Of a stretch of 64,000 bases of DNA, positions 20,491 to 30,404 are shown piece after piece. The stretch covers positions 1,024,001-1,088,000 of the forward strand of contig CAXWPH010000015.1 in assembly GCA_963666055.2 (NCBI GenBank), given 5' to 3'. The DNA is from Acidobacteriota bacterium (GTDB taxonomy: Bacteria; Acidobacteriota; UBA890; WLXD01). Every line of letters begins with the position of its first letter. The stretch's first letter is position 1. The notes beneath the pieces are model-generated. The model had not been told where the DNA came from. It saw nothing but the letters and a program-made list of their open reading frames with translations, and searched no databases. The translations under genes were made by a program, and so were the position numbers.

Positions 20491-22176
20491 TCAAGGGTTG
20501 AGTCCCGCGTAGTTGTAAAGCGTCGTCGCGTAACTCTTCATCGCCCCGGCAAACCCGTACACTCGCTCGCCGTCCCCTTCGATGACGTAATACTCACCCT
20601 CCGGATGGAAGTGGGCTCCCGTTCCGTAGCCGAGCCCGCCGCGGGCGGTCGGTAGCTGCAACGGCATGCGCGTGAACAGGTAGTCCGGCCACCGCGCCGT
20701 TGCGGTACCGAGGAAGTCTCCCGTGGGCGGCTCATCGAAGGGGACGTCGAACTGGCGGTACATCGCGCGGATGGCGTCGGCGATCTCGGTGTCCGTGTTG
20801 GCGTACGACCAGGGAACATCGCCGATGACGTTCATCTTGACATCCGCATAGCCGTGATCGTCGAGATAGGCGCGGATCACCTCGGCGAGGACTTCGCCGT
20901 CGACGTTTGGCGGATAGCGGATGTCCATCTTCGATGCGGCGACCGGCGGTCGGTGATGGCCGGCGTATCCGGGCACCATGTTGCCACCCCAGGTCCCCAT
21001 GATCGCCACTCGAACGCCAGTGCGGACCCTGAGGATTTCCTCGAAGCTCCTGCCGCTCGACTCGGCGCGACGGCGAAGGTACTCCATCTCCGGGGGAGAC
21101 GGTTGGATCACCCCTTCCGCCATCTGCTGGCGCAGCTCGGAGTCCTCGGCAAAGACCTGCAGCATCTGCATGTGCCGCCACATCGGTTGCTCCGGGAGCC
21201 ACAGCCCGACGCCCGGTGACATACCGTCTGAAGCGTTGAGGCCGGCGAGCGGATGGGTCTCCAGATCGAAGACCAGATTGCCGATCGAGGCGGCGCCACC
21301 GACGCGGCCTTGGCCGTTCGACCCCTGGCCCGCCCCGAGGCCGAAGACCGCATCCGCCTCGAAGAGCTCCGGGTGCTTCATCATGAAGGACCGGATACCG
21401 ATCTCGGCGCGCTCCTCGTCGTGGTCGACGATGAAGATCATGTTCACGGGCAGCGTGCCGGTCGTCGCCTTGATCGAGATCAGCGCGTTGAGCTGCGCCA
21501 TTTCGTGACCCTTCTGGTTGCTGGCGCCGCGTCCCACCAACACCCTCTTGTACGGTGGCTTCTCGATGATTTGCCCACCGAAGGGGGGCGCCGGCCAGTC
21601 TTCCTCGGGCCAGATCGGCATCACGTCGGCCATCACGTAGTCGATGATGGTCTTCTCGGCGCCGACATCGCAGCGCCCGTAAACGACCGGGTTGCCGGGT
21701 GTTCCCCAGTCACCGATGCCGGGATGGTGAATTTCCGCCTGGCAACCGAGGGCCTCGGTGATCAGATCGCGCAGGAAGAGCGCCGAGTCCCAGATCCCCG
21801 GCTGTCCTTCCACGAGGTTCGAAATGCTGGGGATCTTGATCCACTCGCGCAGACGATCCACGTGGGTGTCGAAGTTGGCGTCGATGTGTCGATAGACGCG
21901 CTTGAGCTCGTCCGACACCTCCGTCGGATCGGGCGGATCGCCGTGCACGGTGAGCTGTCGCGTCGGCATGCCGGGTGGTCGCGGCCATGGCGTGGGTGGT
22001 TCTCCGGTCCCAGCAGGCGCGACGGCGTCCGAAGTCATCGGGTTCGCCAGGGCACCGAGGCTGGCTCCTACGAGGTGGCCGCCCCCCGCAAGGAAACCAG
22101 TGATCAGCACACCGGCCAGGAACCTCCGCTTGGTAGGCTCCGTTGACCGACGCTTCATCATCGCTCGGGATTCCAT
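20491..22176 (-). CDS. M20/M25/M40 family metallopeptidase, exported
   Basis: WIKIPSIS, GNPVVYG, DVMP, GRGASNQKG, DEE, AH...EYY motifs. Confidence 0.82.
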   Translation of the reverse strand: MESRAMMKRRSTEPTKRRFLAGVLITGFLAGGGHLVGASLGALANPMTSDAVAPAGTGEPPTPWPRPPGMPTRQLTVHGDPPDPTEVSDELKRVYRHIDANFDTHVDRLREWIKIPSISNLVEGQPGIWDSALFLRDLITEALGCQAEIHHPGIGDWGTPGNPVVYGRCDVGAEKTIIDYVMADVMPIWPEEDWPAPPFGGQIIEKPPYKRVLVGRGASNQKGHEMAQLNALISIKATTGTLPVNMIFIVDHDEERAEIGIRSFMMKHPELFEADAVFGLGAGQGSNGQGRVGGAASIGNLVFDLETHPLAGLNASDGMSPGVGLWLPEQPMWRHMQMLQVFAEDSELRQQMAEGVIQPSPPEMEYLRRRAESSGRSFEEILRVRTGVRVAIMGTWGGNMVPGYAGHHRPPVAASKMDIRYPPNVDGEVLAEVIRAYLDDHGYADVKMNVIGDVPWSYANTDTEIADAIRAMYRQFDVPFDEPPTGDFLGTATARWPDYLFTRMPLQLPTARGGLGYGTGAHFHPEGEYYVIEGDGERVYGFAGAMKSYATTLYNYAGLNP

Positions 22177-22479
22177 ACTCGACCCTCCTCTACGATCCGT
22201 TCGAGCGTTCGCCGCGGTCGAATCGAATCATGGGGCGTGCTCCCCGCTCAAGGCCGCACCTCGCTACGCTCGGAGGCGTCGCGCCACGGCGTCGCCGGTG
22301 TCGCCGTCGCCGCCTATATCCGTGGAAGACGACCATGACAATAGTGACGATGATCAGACAAGCTCTTAGCCCTGCGGTGCTGGAATCCGCAAGGATACCG
22401 CCGACGCGATTGCAGTCGAATACAAGTTAGGCTGCCTTGAACCCTCGAATGAGGACATGGCGATGAAGTCTGTTCTATG

Positions 22480-22850
22480 TCTCGCCCTGTGGTTGCTTCC
22501 TCCACGCCACCCTTGAGAATCTCTGGTCGCCTACGTCGACACAGCCGATCCTGTGGAGCTGACCACCACGGGCTACGAGGCCTCACCTCGCCTCCCGAGG
22601 CCGTTACTCACCATGACTGCAGTAGCATACTCGTAGGACACCACGGCCTGCCACGGCGCAAGGTGGCTATCAAGGTGCTGTCTGCCGAGTTCGCTTCCGA
22701 CCCCGACCGCCTGGCTCGCTTCGAGCGCGAAGCCAAGCTGCTTGCCTCGCTGAACCACCCGAAACATCGCCACGATCCACGGATTCGACGAATCGGACCG
22801 TGTGTGCTTCGTCGCCATGGAGCTGGGCGACAGCCTCGCTGACCTCATCA
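22480..22850 (+). pseudogene. Decayed Ser/Thr kinase 5' fragment
   Basis: [35 protein letters not shown], then frameshifts; degenerate copy of the kinase upstream region. Confidence 0.8.
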
Positions 22851-22873
22851 AGTCCAGAAGGAGGGCAGTCTGA

Positions 22874-24031
22874 ATGAATATTCAAAGACGTCGGTTTCTG
22901 GGCAGTTTCTTGGGCCCCGCATTTCTGGCAGGAATGCCGCTCTCCACGCTTGTCGCCGGGTCACGCTCGCCACCCGTGGCAGCCGATGCAAACGCTGCTT
23001 TGATCGACAACACACAAGCTTGGGGCGTCTCGGAACGTGCGGCGGCTCTGCACGCTTCAGCCCTGGTGTGGGACGATCACGCTGGCTGGGGGTTCAACAA
23101 GGCCGAAGATCTCCAGTGGCTCGCGCTGTGGAGTGCCGCCGGCGCGGACTTCCTCTCGGTGAACATCGGCTATGACGCCACACCGTGGACTCTGGCTATC
23201 CAGGCGGTCTCACAATACCGCCACTGGATTCGCGAGCACAGCGACCATTTTATTCAGGTCGAGACCTTACAGGATGTGCAGAGGGCAAGGCGCGAAAACA
23301 AATTGGCGGTCAGTTTCGACCTGGAGGGTATGGGCGCCCTCAACGGTGATGTCGGCATGGTCGACCTTTATTACCGGCTGGGAGTTCGCCAAATGCTCAT
23401 CGCCTACAATCTCAACAACCTGGCGGGTGGCGGTTGCCACGACAACGACGCCGGCCTGACGCCGTTCGGCCGCTCGGCGATTCGGGAAATGAATCGGGTC
23501 GGAATGCTGGTCGACTGTTCACACACCGGCTACCGAACTGCCCTCGAGGCGATGGATGCCTCCGACGCACCGGTCATTTTCTCCCATTCGAACGCACGCA
23601 ACCTCCAGGATCACGAGCGAAACATCACCGACGACCTCATCGAGGCATGCGCTGCCACGGGCGGCGTGATCGCAATAAACGGTGTGCATCTGTATCTCGG
23701 GCCGCAGGACGGTACCGTCAATCGCCTGGTTGACCATATCGAATACATGGTTCAATTGGTTGGCCCCGAGCATGTAGGCATCGGCCTCGACAGCGTACCG
23801 GTTCAGATAACTGACGACGCCCCAGCAGACCCCCGATACTGGCCGGCCGGCCAGTATCCCGCTTCCGCGGGCCCAGATCCGTTCGCCCAGGTCGTTCAGC
23901 CCGATGCCATCCCCCAGATCACCGAACGACTGCTTGATATCGGCTATGACGACAGCGCAATACTGGCGATCATGGGAGGTAACTTTGCCCGCGTCGCGGA
24001 ACAGGTCTGGAAACCCGTGAATGTCGCCTAA
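22874..24031 (+). CDS. Membrane (M19) dipeptidase, Tat signal
   Basis: QRRRFLG, DDH, DLEG, DCSH, FSHSN, HVGIGLD. Confidence 0.9.
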   Translation: MNIQRRRFLGSFLGPAFLAGMPLSTLVAGSRSPPVAADANAALIDNTQAWGVSERAAALHASALVWDDHAGWGFNKAEDLQWLALWSAAGADFLSVNIGYDATPWTLAIQAVSQYRHWIREHSDHFIQVETLQDVQRARRENKLAVSFDLEGMGALNGDVGMVDLYYRLGVRQMLIAYNLNNLAGGGCHDNDAGLTPFGRSAIREMNRVGMLVDCSHTGYRTALEAMDASDAPVIFSHSNARNLQDHERNITDDLIEACAATGGVIAINGVHLYLGPQDGTVNRLVDHIEYMVQLVGPEHVGIGLDSVPVQITDDAPADPRYWPAGQYPASAGPDPFAQVVQPDAIPQITERLLDIGYDDSAILAIMGGNFARVAEQVWKPVNVA

Positions 24032-24068
24032 CAGGCCGTGGTGAAAGTGTGGTGGGTCTGGCAACAGG
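24032..24068 (+). repeat. IS5-like terminal repeat (solo end)
   Basis: CTAA|CAGGCCGTGGTGAAAGTGTGGTGGGTCTGG, identical to the MITE end at 48290. Confidence 0.85.
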
Positions 24069-24091
24069 GGGCGCGGCGCCCCGATGCCCGA

Positions 24092-25576
24092 CTAGCGGCG
24101 TCGCAACGGCTTGACCACGAGCTCCCAGGCAGCGTGGTCATCCGGTCCGGAGGGGCCGATCTTGCCCTTGGCCATCTCCAGCAGCTCCGCCGGGTCGTAG
24201 ACCACCCCCGCCTTCACCACCAGGCGCACGTTGCGCGCGTTGGAGATGTCCTCCAGCGGGTTGCCCTCAGCGACGTACAGATCGGCGAGCTTGCCGGGTT
24301 CGATCGACCCGAGCCGGTCGACTACCCCGAGCGCTCGCGCTCCGTTGATGGTTGCGGCCTTGAGCACCGCCGCCGGGGGCAGCCCGGCTTGGACCATGAT
24401 CATGAGCTCACGATGGTAGGCGAAGCCTGGCAGCCAGGGACCGGAGGTCGGCTCGTCGGTGCCGACGATGATGAGGTCGCCGCCACCCGACTCGAACAGG
24501 GCGCCGAGTTCGGCGATGTGCCGGCGGGAACTCCTCGACACGACGTACTCGCTCCCCGGCTCGGCCCCGGACGCCGCCTTTCGGGCACGAATCCGCTGCT
24601 GCGCGTACGGCGTGAAGAACTCGTATTCGTCCACCCAGACCAGGTCGAGCGACGGGTGGCCGGTGGGGTCCCCGTCATAGCGGGAGTACATCTGCAGGTT
24701 GGAGTCGAAATACACTCCCTCCTCGAGAAAGAGGTTGATCATGCGCTCCAGCTCGGCCGGATCGTCACCCCTCCCGCTCCTGATCCCGTGCTCGATCCGG
24801 TCCAGTCCCATGGCGATGGCTTCATCGGGCTCGACGTCGTAGGACCCCGCGTAGTTGCCAAGGTGACTGGTCGTGGTCATGCCCCGGCGATGCGCCTGGT
24901 CGATGAGAATGCGCATCTCCTCGGGCGTCGCCTGCTTGATCTTGATGCTGCGTACGCCGCGCTGCGCCCAGTAGTCCACTTCGGCGCGAATCTCTTGTTC
25001 GGTGATGTCGTTCGGCCACGCGATGCAGTCGTCCTCCGCCGTCTTGATCTGGTATTCGCACCGGAAGGCACCGAAGTACGGCCCCGAGACGAAAAGGCGG
25101 GTACCGATTGCCTCACCGCGGTCGATCCGATCGCGCCTCTCGATGACGCGCTCGGGGAAGAACTCACCCGCCGACCAGGTGGCGGTGACACCGTTGGCCA
25201 GGAAGATGATCGAGTTGTATGTGACCTCCTCGGCCCGCCCGATGCCCACCATGTTCATGTTGAGGTGGCCGTGTAAATCGATCATCCCGGGCAAGATCGT
25301 GGCGCCGTCATCGAGCTCGATCTTCCGGGCGGCCGGAAAATAGCGGCCGCTGAGGTCGGCGCCGACCTCGACGAACTTGCCGTCACGGATGACGATCCCG
25401 GTGTTGCGGACACGCGCGTCGCCAACGCCGTCGAACAGCCAGCCGCCGGTGATCACGACCTCGCGCGGCGGCGCTTGTGCCCACTGCGCGGCTGCCGGAG
25501 ACGTCCACACCGCCATCACAGCCGTGAGCAAGGCCAGGCGCATGAGGATGAACGCTCGCACCCGTCTCGTCTTCAT
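24092..25576 (-). CDS. Secreted amidohydrolase family protein
   Basis: PGMIDLHGH, IEHG, GTD, GSIEPGKLADL. Confidence 0.9.
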   Translation of the reverse strand: MKTRRVRAFILMRLALLTAVMAVWTSPAAAQWAQAPPREVVITGGWLFDGVGDARVRNTGIVIRDGKFVEVGADLSGRYFPAARKIELDDGATILPGMIDLHGHLNMNMVGIGRAEEVTYNSIIFLANGVTATWSAGEFFPERVIERRDRIDRGEAIGTRLFVSGPYFGAFRCEYQIKTAEDDCIAWPNDITEQEIRAEVDYWAQRGVRSIKIKQATPEEMRILIDQAHRRGMTTTSHLGNYAGSYDVEPDEAIAMGLDRIEHGIRSGRGDDPAELERMINLFLEEGVYFDSNLQMYSRYDGDPTGHPSLDLVWVDEYEFFTPYAQQRIRARKAASGAEPGSEYVVSRSSRRHIAELGALFESGGGDLIIVGTDEPTSGPWLPGFAYHRELMIMVQAGLPPAAVLKAATINGARALGVVDRLGSIEPGKLADLYVAEGNPLEDISNARNVRLVVKAGVVYDPAELLEMAKGKIGPSGPDDHAAWELVVKPLRRR

Positions 25577-26160
25577 TTCTCAACTATCAGGTTAGCGTCT
25601 TGACCCCGGATTTCCCAGATAACCGGTGTTCGGTCACGCGATAAGCTCTGCAATGGTAACGGCGCGCTATCTAACATGGATTCACGATTCTGTCGACCGC
25701 GAAACGGGCCGGAGGACGACGCCAATGGCTCGACGAATCGATCCAGGGATCATCTTCCCAATCGATAGCGGTTTAATCGCCTTTGCGCAGGCCCTCCATC
25801 TCGACCCGTGGTGCGACGGTCCTCTCGGCAGGCGCAGGCTCCTTGAAGGAGCTTGTCGGCGCGGTGTAGTCCGCACGCTTCACGGAGCGCCTAGAGCACA
25901 GCCTCGCTCGCTCGACGCTTCAGGCACCCAGTACACGGCGCTTTCAACTCTGTGGTGCGCTGTGTCCGCGATTGGCCCTTGTCCGGATAGCAACGAACTT
26001 AGTTACTCAGGGTCGCAACGTCTGCTCTGCTAAATTGGGACGAGTTGCGCCCGCATGAAGCCAATCGGGAACCTTGCGGGAGACTCCTCGATCGACGAGC
26101 GATGTGCAGGTGCATGCAGTTACGGAAACCAACGAAACGCGGCCGGGACTCGGCGCGGCC

Positions 26161-28773
26161 ATGCGCAGGGCGCTGACGCTCGCGGCCGTCTGCGTGATGC
26201 TTGCCAGCACGGCCGGCGCCGCGGAACAGGAAGGCGCCGAGCAAGAACGTCGCCGCCGGCAAATTCCGGTCCGGATGGTCCGTCCAGGCGAGTCGGCGAA
26301 GTCGGTGCGGCCGGCGCCGGGTCGCAACATCCCGGTCCGAATGGTCCGATCCGGTGAGACCGGCCCGGTGGCGTTGCCGTCGGCCCCGCCGCGGTCGGTG
26401 TCCGATGCACCGAGCCCGAACCCGGATGGATCCAACGCCGTCGAATCGGTGCCCTTACCTTCCGCCGAGGCTCCCCCTGCCTTCCCGCCGGCAGACAACA
26501 CGACGTTGCCAGGTACCGAAGCCCCGACATTGCCGGAAAGCGAAGCTCCGATGCTACCAGCCACCGAAGCTCCGACGCCGATGCCCGCTGCCGGCGCCGC
26601 CAGCGCCGCAGCTCCGCGAACCGACGCCGCGGCGGGTTCGGGATCCGCGGCTGACCTGGGCGGCAAAGTCTCTTTCGCGACATGGACGGACAGGCCCCCG
26701 ATGCTCGATGGGCGGATCGACGACGGGGAATGGGCGCTGGCCGAGGTCGTGAGCGACTTCGTGCAGAAGGAGCCCAACAACGGAGCGGCGCCGACGAAGC
26801 GCACCGAGGTGTACGTCCTGTACGACGAGGACACCCTCTACTTCGGGTGGATCAACTACGACGATGAGCCCGAGAATATCGGCGCTTCGGTGATGCGCCG
26901 CGACGAATTCCACTCCGGGGATGACTGGGTGGCGGTCTACATCGACACGTTCCACGACCATCGCAACCAACTCGGCTTCGAGGTCAACCCGCTCGGCGCC
27001 AAGTTCGACTACACCATTCGTGACGAGAGTCAGCTCAACACGGCCTGGGACGAGAACTGGGAAGCTGCGGCGAGCATCACCGAGCGCGGCTGGGAAGCCG
27101 AAATGGCCATCCCGTTCGCGGCGCTCCGGTTCAACCCTGGAAGCGATGTTTGGGGAATCGAATACGAGCGCGAGGTAATCCATAACCAAGAGCGCATCAA
27201 CTGGAACAACACCAGCCGCGACTACAACTTTCTCGCCGTATCACAGTACGGCCATCTGCTCGGGCTGCAGAACGTGGGGCTCACGGGTCGGTTCCGTCTC
27301 AAGCCGTTCGTTACCGGCGCCTACGACTCCTTCCAGCAGCGTGACGACCCGCTCACTGACACCAGGACCGAGATCGGCATCGAGGTCTTCAAGGTACAGC
27401 TGACCCCCAGCCTCACAGCCAACCTGACGGCGAACACCGACTTCGCCGAGGTCGAGGCCGACACCCAGCAGGTGAACCTGACGCGCTTCTCGCTGTTCTT
27501 TCCCGAGCAACGCGAGTTCTTCCTCGAGTCGGCGAACAACTTCACCTTCGGTACCCTGCCGCGGCGAGCGTCGGGTGAGGGTGAGGGTTTCGGCTTCCAG
27601 CGACAGCCGCCGCTGGCGCTGCTGTTCTTCTCGCGGCGGATCGGTTTGGGGCCGGAAGGGCAACCGGTTCCGATCCGCTTCGGCGGCAAGCTGACCGGGA
27701 AGATCGGCAACGGCAACCTCGGCTTCGTTAACGTGCAGACCGGAGACTCGCAGTTCGGCGTCGCCCAGAACTTCGCCGCCCTTCGCTGGAAACAGCCCGT
27801 CTTCGGTCGATCCAGTGTCGGCGCGCTGGTCACCAACGTTCAGGGGCCCGACGGCCAGTACAATCGCGTCTTCGGCGTGGACATCGACTTCACGCTCTTC
27901 GACCACCTGTTCCTGACGGGGTTCGTGGCCGGCGGCCAGGACAACGACGTCGACGGCACCTCGTGGGTCGGGCAGCTCAGCGCCGGATGGGACACCGAAG
28001 AATGGTCGCTCGGCGCCGATGTCACGTACGTAGCCGACGACTTCGATACCGATCTCGGCTTCGTCTTGCGGCGGGACATCGTGCGCACCAGCAGCCAGGG
28101 GCGCTGGTCGATACGCCCGAGCTGGCCGCTGTTGCGGCGCGTTTCGTTCAACCCCTCGCTGGAACGCATCACCGATACCAGCGGGCGATTGGTATCCCGG
28201 TTGAGTAGCTTGAGCACGCGGTTGGATCTCGAGTCTTCGGACACGGTTCGTTTCCGCATCAACCGCAACTACGAGGTGCTGGACTTCGATTTTCCCATCG
28301 ACGAAAACGTGTCAATTCCCATCGGCGACTACTCGTGGACCGACGGTGAGATCTCGCTGCGCACTGCCCCGCGACGCGCGCTGAGCGGCAACCTGACCTT
28401 CAACCTCGGCGAGTTCTACGACGGCACACGCCTCGGGGTCGGTGGGGGGCCCAGCTTCCGCTTCAGCGACCGCTTCACCCTGCGCCCGCAGTACAACTTC
28501 AACCGCATCGACCTACCGGGGGGCAGCTTCAACACGCACCTGGTACGGCTGCGCGCCAACCTGTCGTTCTCGAACCGCCTGCTGTTCGACTCGCTGCTGC
28601 AGCACAGCAGCGTCACCGACCAGCTATCGGCGTTCGCTCGGCTGCGCTACATCTATCGCACCGGCGACGACTTCTACCTGGTGTACCGGCAGTCGACCGC
28701 GTTCAGCGGGCTGTTCGACCGCCTGGATGACCGCACGCTGACGGCGAAGTTCACCTTCACGATGCAGCGCTAG
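26161..28773 (+). CDS. CBM9-like + DUF5916 outer-membrane protein with a Pro/Ala-rich N-terminal linker
   Basis: PMLDGRIDDGEW, NTDFAEVEAD, LFFPEQREFFLE and FFSRRIG motifs; beta-barrel-like C-terminus. Confidence 0.8.
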   Translation: MRRALTLAAVCVMLASTAGAAEQEGAEQERRRRQIPVRMVRPGESAKSVRPAPGRNIPVRMVRSGETGPVALPSAPPRSVSDAPSPNPDGSNAVESVPLPSAEAPPAFPPADNTTLPGTEAPTLPESEAPMLPATEAPTPMPAAGAASAAAPRTDAAAGSGSAADLGGKVSFATWTDRPPMLDGRIDDGEWALAEVVSDFVQKEPNNGAAPTKRTEVYVLYDEDTLYFGWINYDDEPENIGASVMRRDEFHSGDDWVAVYIDTFHDHRNQLGFEVNPLGAKFDYTIRDESQLNTAWDENWEAAASITERGWEAEMAIPFAALRFNPGSDVWGIEYEREVIHNQERINWNNTSRDYNFLAVSQYGHLLGLQNVGLTGRFRLKPFVTGAYDSFQQRDDPLTDTRTEIGIEVFKVQLTPSLTANLTANTDFAEVEADTQQVNLTRFSLFFPEQREFFLESANNFTFGTLPRRASGEGEGFGFQRQPPLALLFFSRRIGLGPEGQPVPIRFGGKLTGKIGNGNLGFVNVQTGDSQFGVAQNFAALRWKQPVFGRSSVGALVTNVQGPDGQYNRVFGVDIDFTLFDHLFLTGFVAGGQDNDVDGTSWVGQLSAGWDTEEWSLGADVTYVADDFDTDLGFVLRRDIVRTSSQGRWSIRPSWPLLRRVSFNPSLERITDTSGRLVSRLSSLSTRLDLESSDTVRFRINRNYEVLDFDFPIDENVSIPIGDYSWTDGEISLRTAPRRALSGNLTFNLGEFYDGTRLGVGGGPSFRFSDRFTLRPQYNFNRIDLPGGSFNTHLVRLRANLSFSNRLLFDSLLQHSSVTDQLSAFARLRYIYRTGDDFYLVYRQSTAFSGLFDRLDDRTLTAKFTFTMQR

Positions 28774-28808
28774 CTTCGATCTCACCGCGCTGGTGGCGAG
28801 ACGGTCGG

Positions 28809-28875
28809 AAATAGGGTGTGGAGGTGGGTGAGCGTGCGTAGGCGCTCATGAGCGCGCACTCCGGGTGCACTCGGG
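28809..28875 (+). repeat. Palindromic intergenic repeat, copy 2
   Basis: Matches 4877-4952. Confidence 0.75.
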
Positions 28876-28918
28876 TCGCTGTCGGGGGTGGGATCCATTG
28901 GCAATATGGAGTTCGGGA

Positions 28919-29395
28919 TTACTCAACTGAGAAGACTGTCGATTGCTTGACGACTAGCCGCCAATGACCGTCCTCGTTGCGGTAAATGTTGGTAAATCGT
29001 CGATGAAGCGTGGTCCCAGGGCCCCAAGGATTCCCTTCCGGAACCGAGTCCACGACAGTGGACTCGGTGCCCATGATCACGACAAGATCGCCTACTTCAT
29101 CGGCATAGTCGATCGTCGTATTGATCGAGCGGTAGACGACCTGACCACTTGCGAACAGGGTCAGGAGGTCATCTCGATGCCGAATCCTGTTGCCAGGATC
29201 GTTTACGACTAGGTCCCGGGACAGCAGCTCATCAAACACGGCAAGATCGCTTGTCCGAGCCGCTGCCACTAGCCGTTCGTTTACCGCCAATACCTCGGCT
29301 ACAGCCGGTGCGCTACCGATCTCTTTCGTGTCTTGCTGCGCTTGAGCGAGTCCCACGCCAAGAAACGCGAGGCTCGTCGCCGCGACTATTCGCAC
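28919..29395 (-). CDS. NTF2-like / DUF4440 secreted protein
   Basis: Signal peptide; RRFTNIYRNEDGHWRLV; probable GTG start at 29395. Confidence 0.8.
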   Translation of the reverse strand: MRIVAATSLAFLGVGLAQAQQDTKEIGSAPAVAEVLAVNERLVAAARTSDLAVFDELLSRDLVVNDPGNRIRHRDDLLTLFASGQVVYRSINTTIDYADEVGDLVVIMGTESTVVDSVPEGNPWGPGTTLHRRFTNIYRNEDGHWRLVVKQSTVFSVE

Positions 29396-29616
29396 TCTCA
29401 AGAGACAGCCCTCCGATCGTTCGACTAACTCGTATTTCGATCGCACGTGTCGAGGCTCCATAGTTGCCGACCCGTGCGGTCAACGCAATGGAATCGCACC
29501 CGGCGGCCGGGCTGGTGTCGAGCTACTTGCCGGCGCGCCCGCTGGGGCTCGCAGTGCGCTCTCCCGGATGCTGACGTTGGATCTCGCACGCTCTGGCGAT
29601 AGGCTTGGATCAACAG

Positions 29617-30262
29617 CTACGGGATGATGAACGAGCCGCCCGCAGCGCTGGAGGGTCGTTCGCTCTCGCCGCTGCGGCCCGCGTCCTTGCGAACGGGCGA
29701 CGTGGTGCTGCAGCCCGGTGAGCACCCGTTCCCGTCCAGGTTCGCTACCCGCACCCCGTGGCTCCTGATCGAGCCCGCGATCTACCTTGAGGCGCTGATG
29801 CGCGACGTTCTCCTGTTCGGCGGCCGCATCGTGATTCGCCAGTTCGCGACGTCGCGAGATCTGATGTCGCTGCGCGAGTCGCTCATCGTCAACTGCACGG
29901 GGCTCGGGGCGCGCGAGCTCTTCAAGGACGACGATCTAATCCCGGTCAAAGGTCAGCTCACCATGCTTGTTCCTCAGCCCGATATCAATTATGCGACGTC
30001 CGGTGGCGTGCCCGGCAGCCTCAACGCGCGCAGCGGGTTCATCCACATGGCGCCGCGCAGCGACGGCATCGCGCTTGGTGGCACGGCCGAACAGGGCGTC
30101 TGGGATCTCGAGCCGAACGAGTCGGCGCTGCGTCGGATCGTCGAGAGCCACATCGAGCTGTTCGAGGCGATGCGAACGCCGAGCTCCATGACAATCCCGC
30201 GGCGTTCGTCGGCGCCTGCCGCGGTTCCGTCGCTCGAAAGCTTCTACGATCTCGAGTCCTAG
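29617..30262 (+). pseudogene. 5'-truncated duplicate of the D-amino-acid oxidase gene
   Basis: Colinear with 19346-19991; the N-terminal half including the FAD motif is absent. Confidence 0.9.
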
Positions 30263-30345
30263 CAGGACGGGATGAAGGTGTGCTCGGGCAATCAGACAAC
30301 CTCGTAGACCTGATCCGGGACGGAGACACTACCGGGCTGCCTACG

Positions 30346-30374
30346 TTGGATCTCGTCTCCTGTGGCTGTAGGCT
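30346..30374 (+). promoter_or_regulatory. Putative sigma70 promoter shared by kinase genes
   Basis: TTGGAT-N17-TAGGCT; identical at 48596-48624. Confidence 0.5.
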
Positions 30375-30404
30375 TCACGCGCTCCCACCCCCACCGGTAG
30401 CGCC

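Noticed and set aside
24025-24032. GCCTAAC as an attC box after the dipeptidase
   Set aside because: Fully explained by the CTAA target plus the first base of the IS5-like end.
24038-25276. Long antisense ORFs (also 18768-, 21253+, 61501+ and others)
   Set aside because: Shadows of well-supported genes on the opposite strand in high-GC DNA.
26260-26600. IPVRMVR duplication and EAP(T/M)LP repeats
   Set aside because: Low-complexity linker within the DUF5916 protein; not a separate element.
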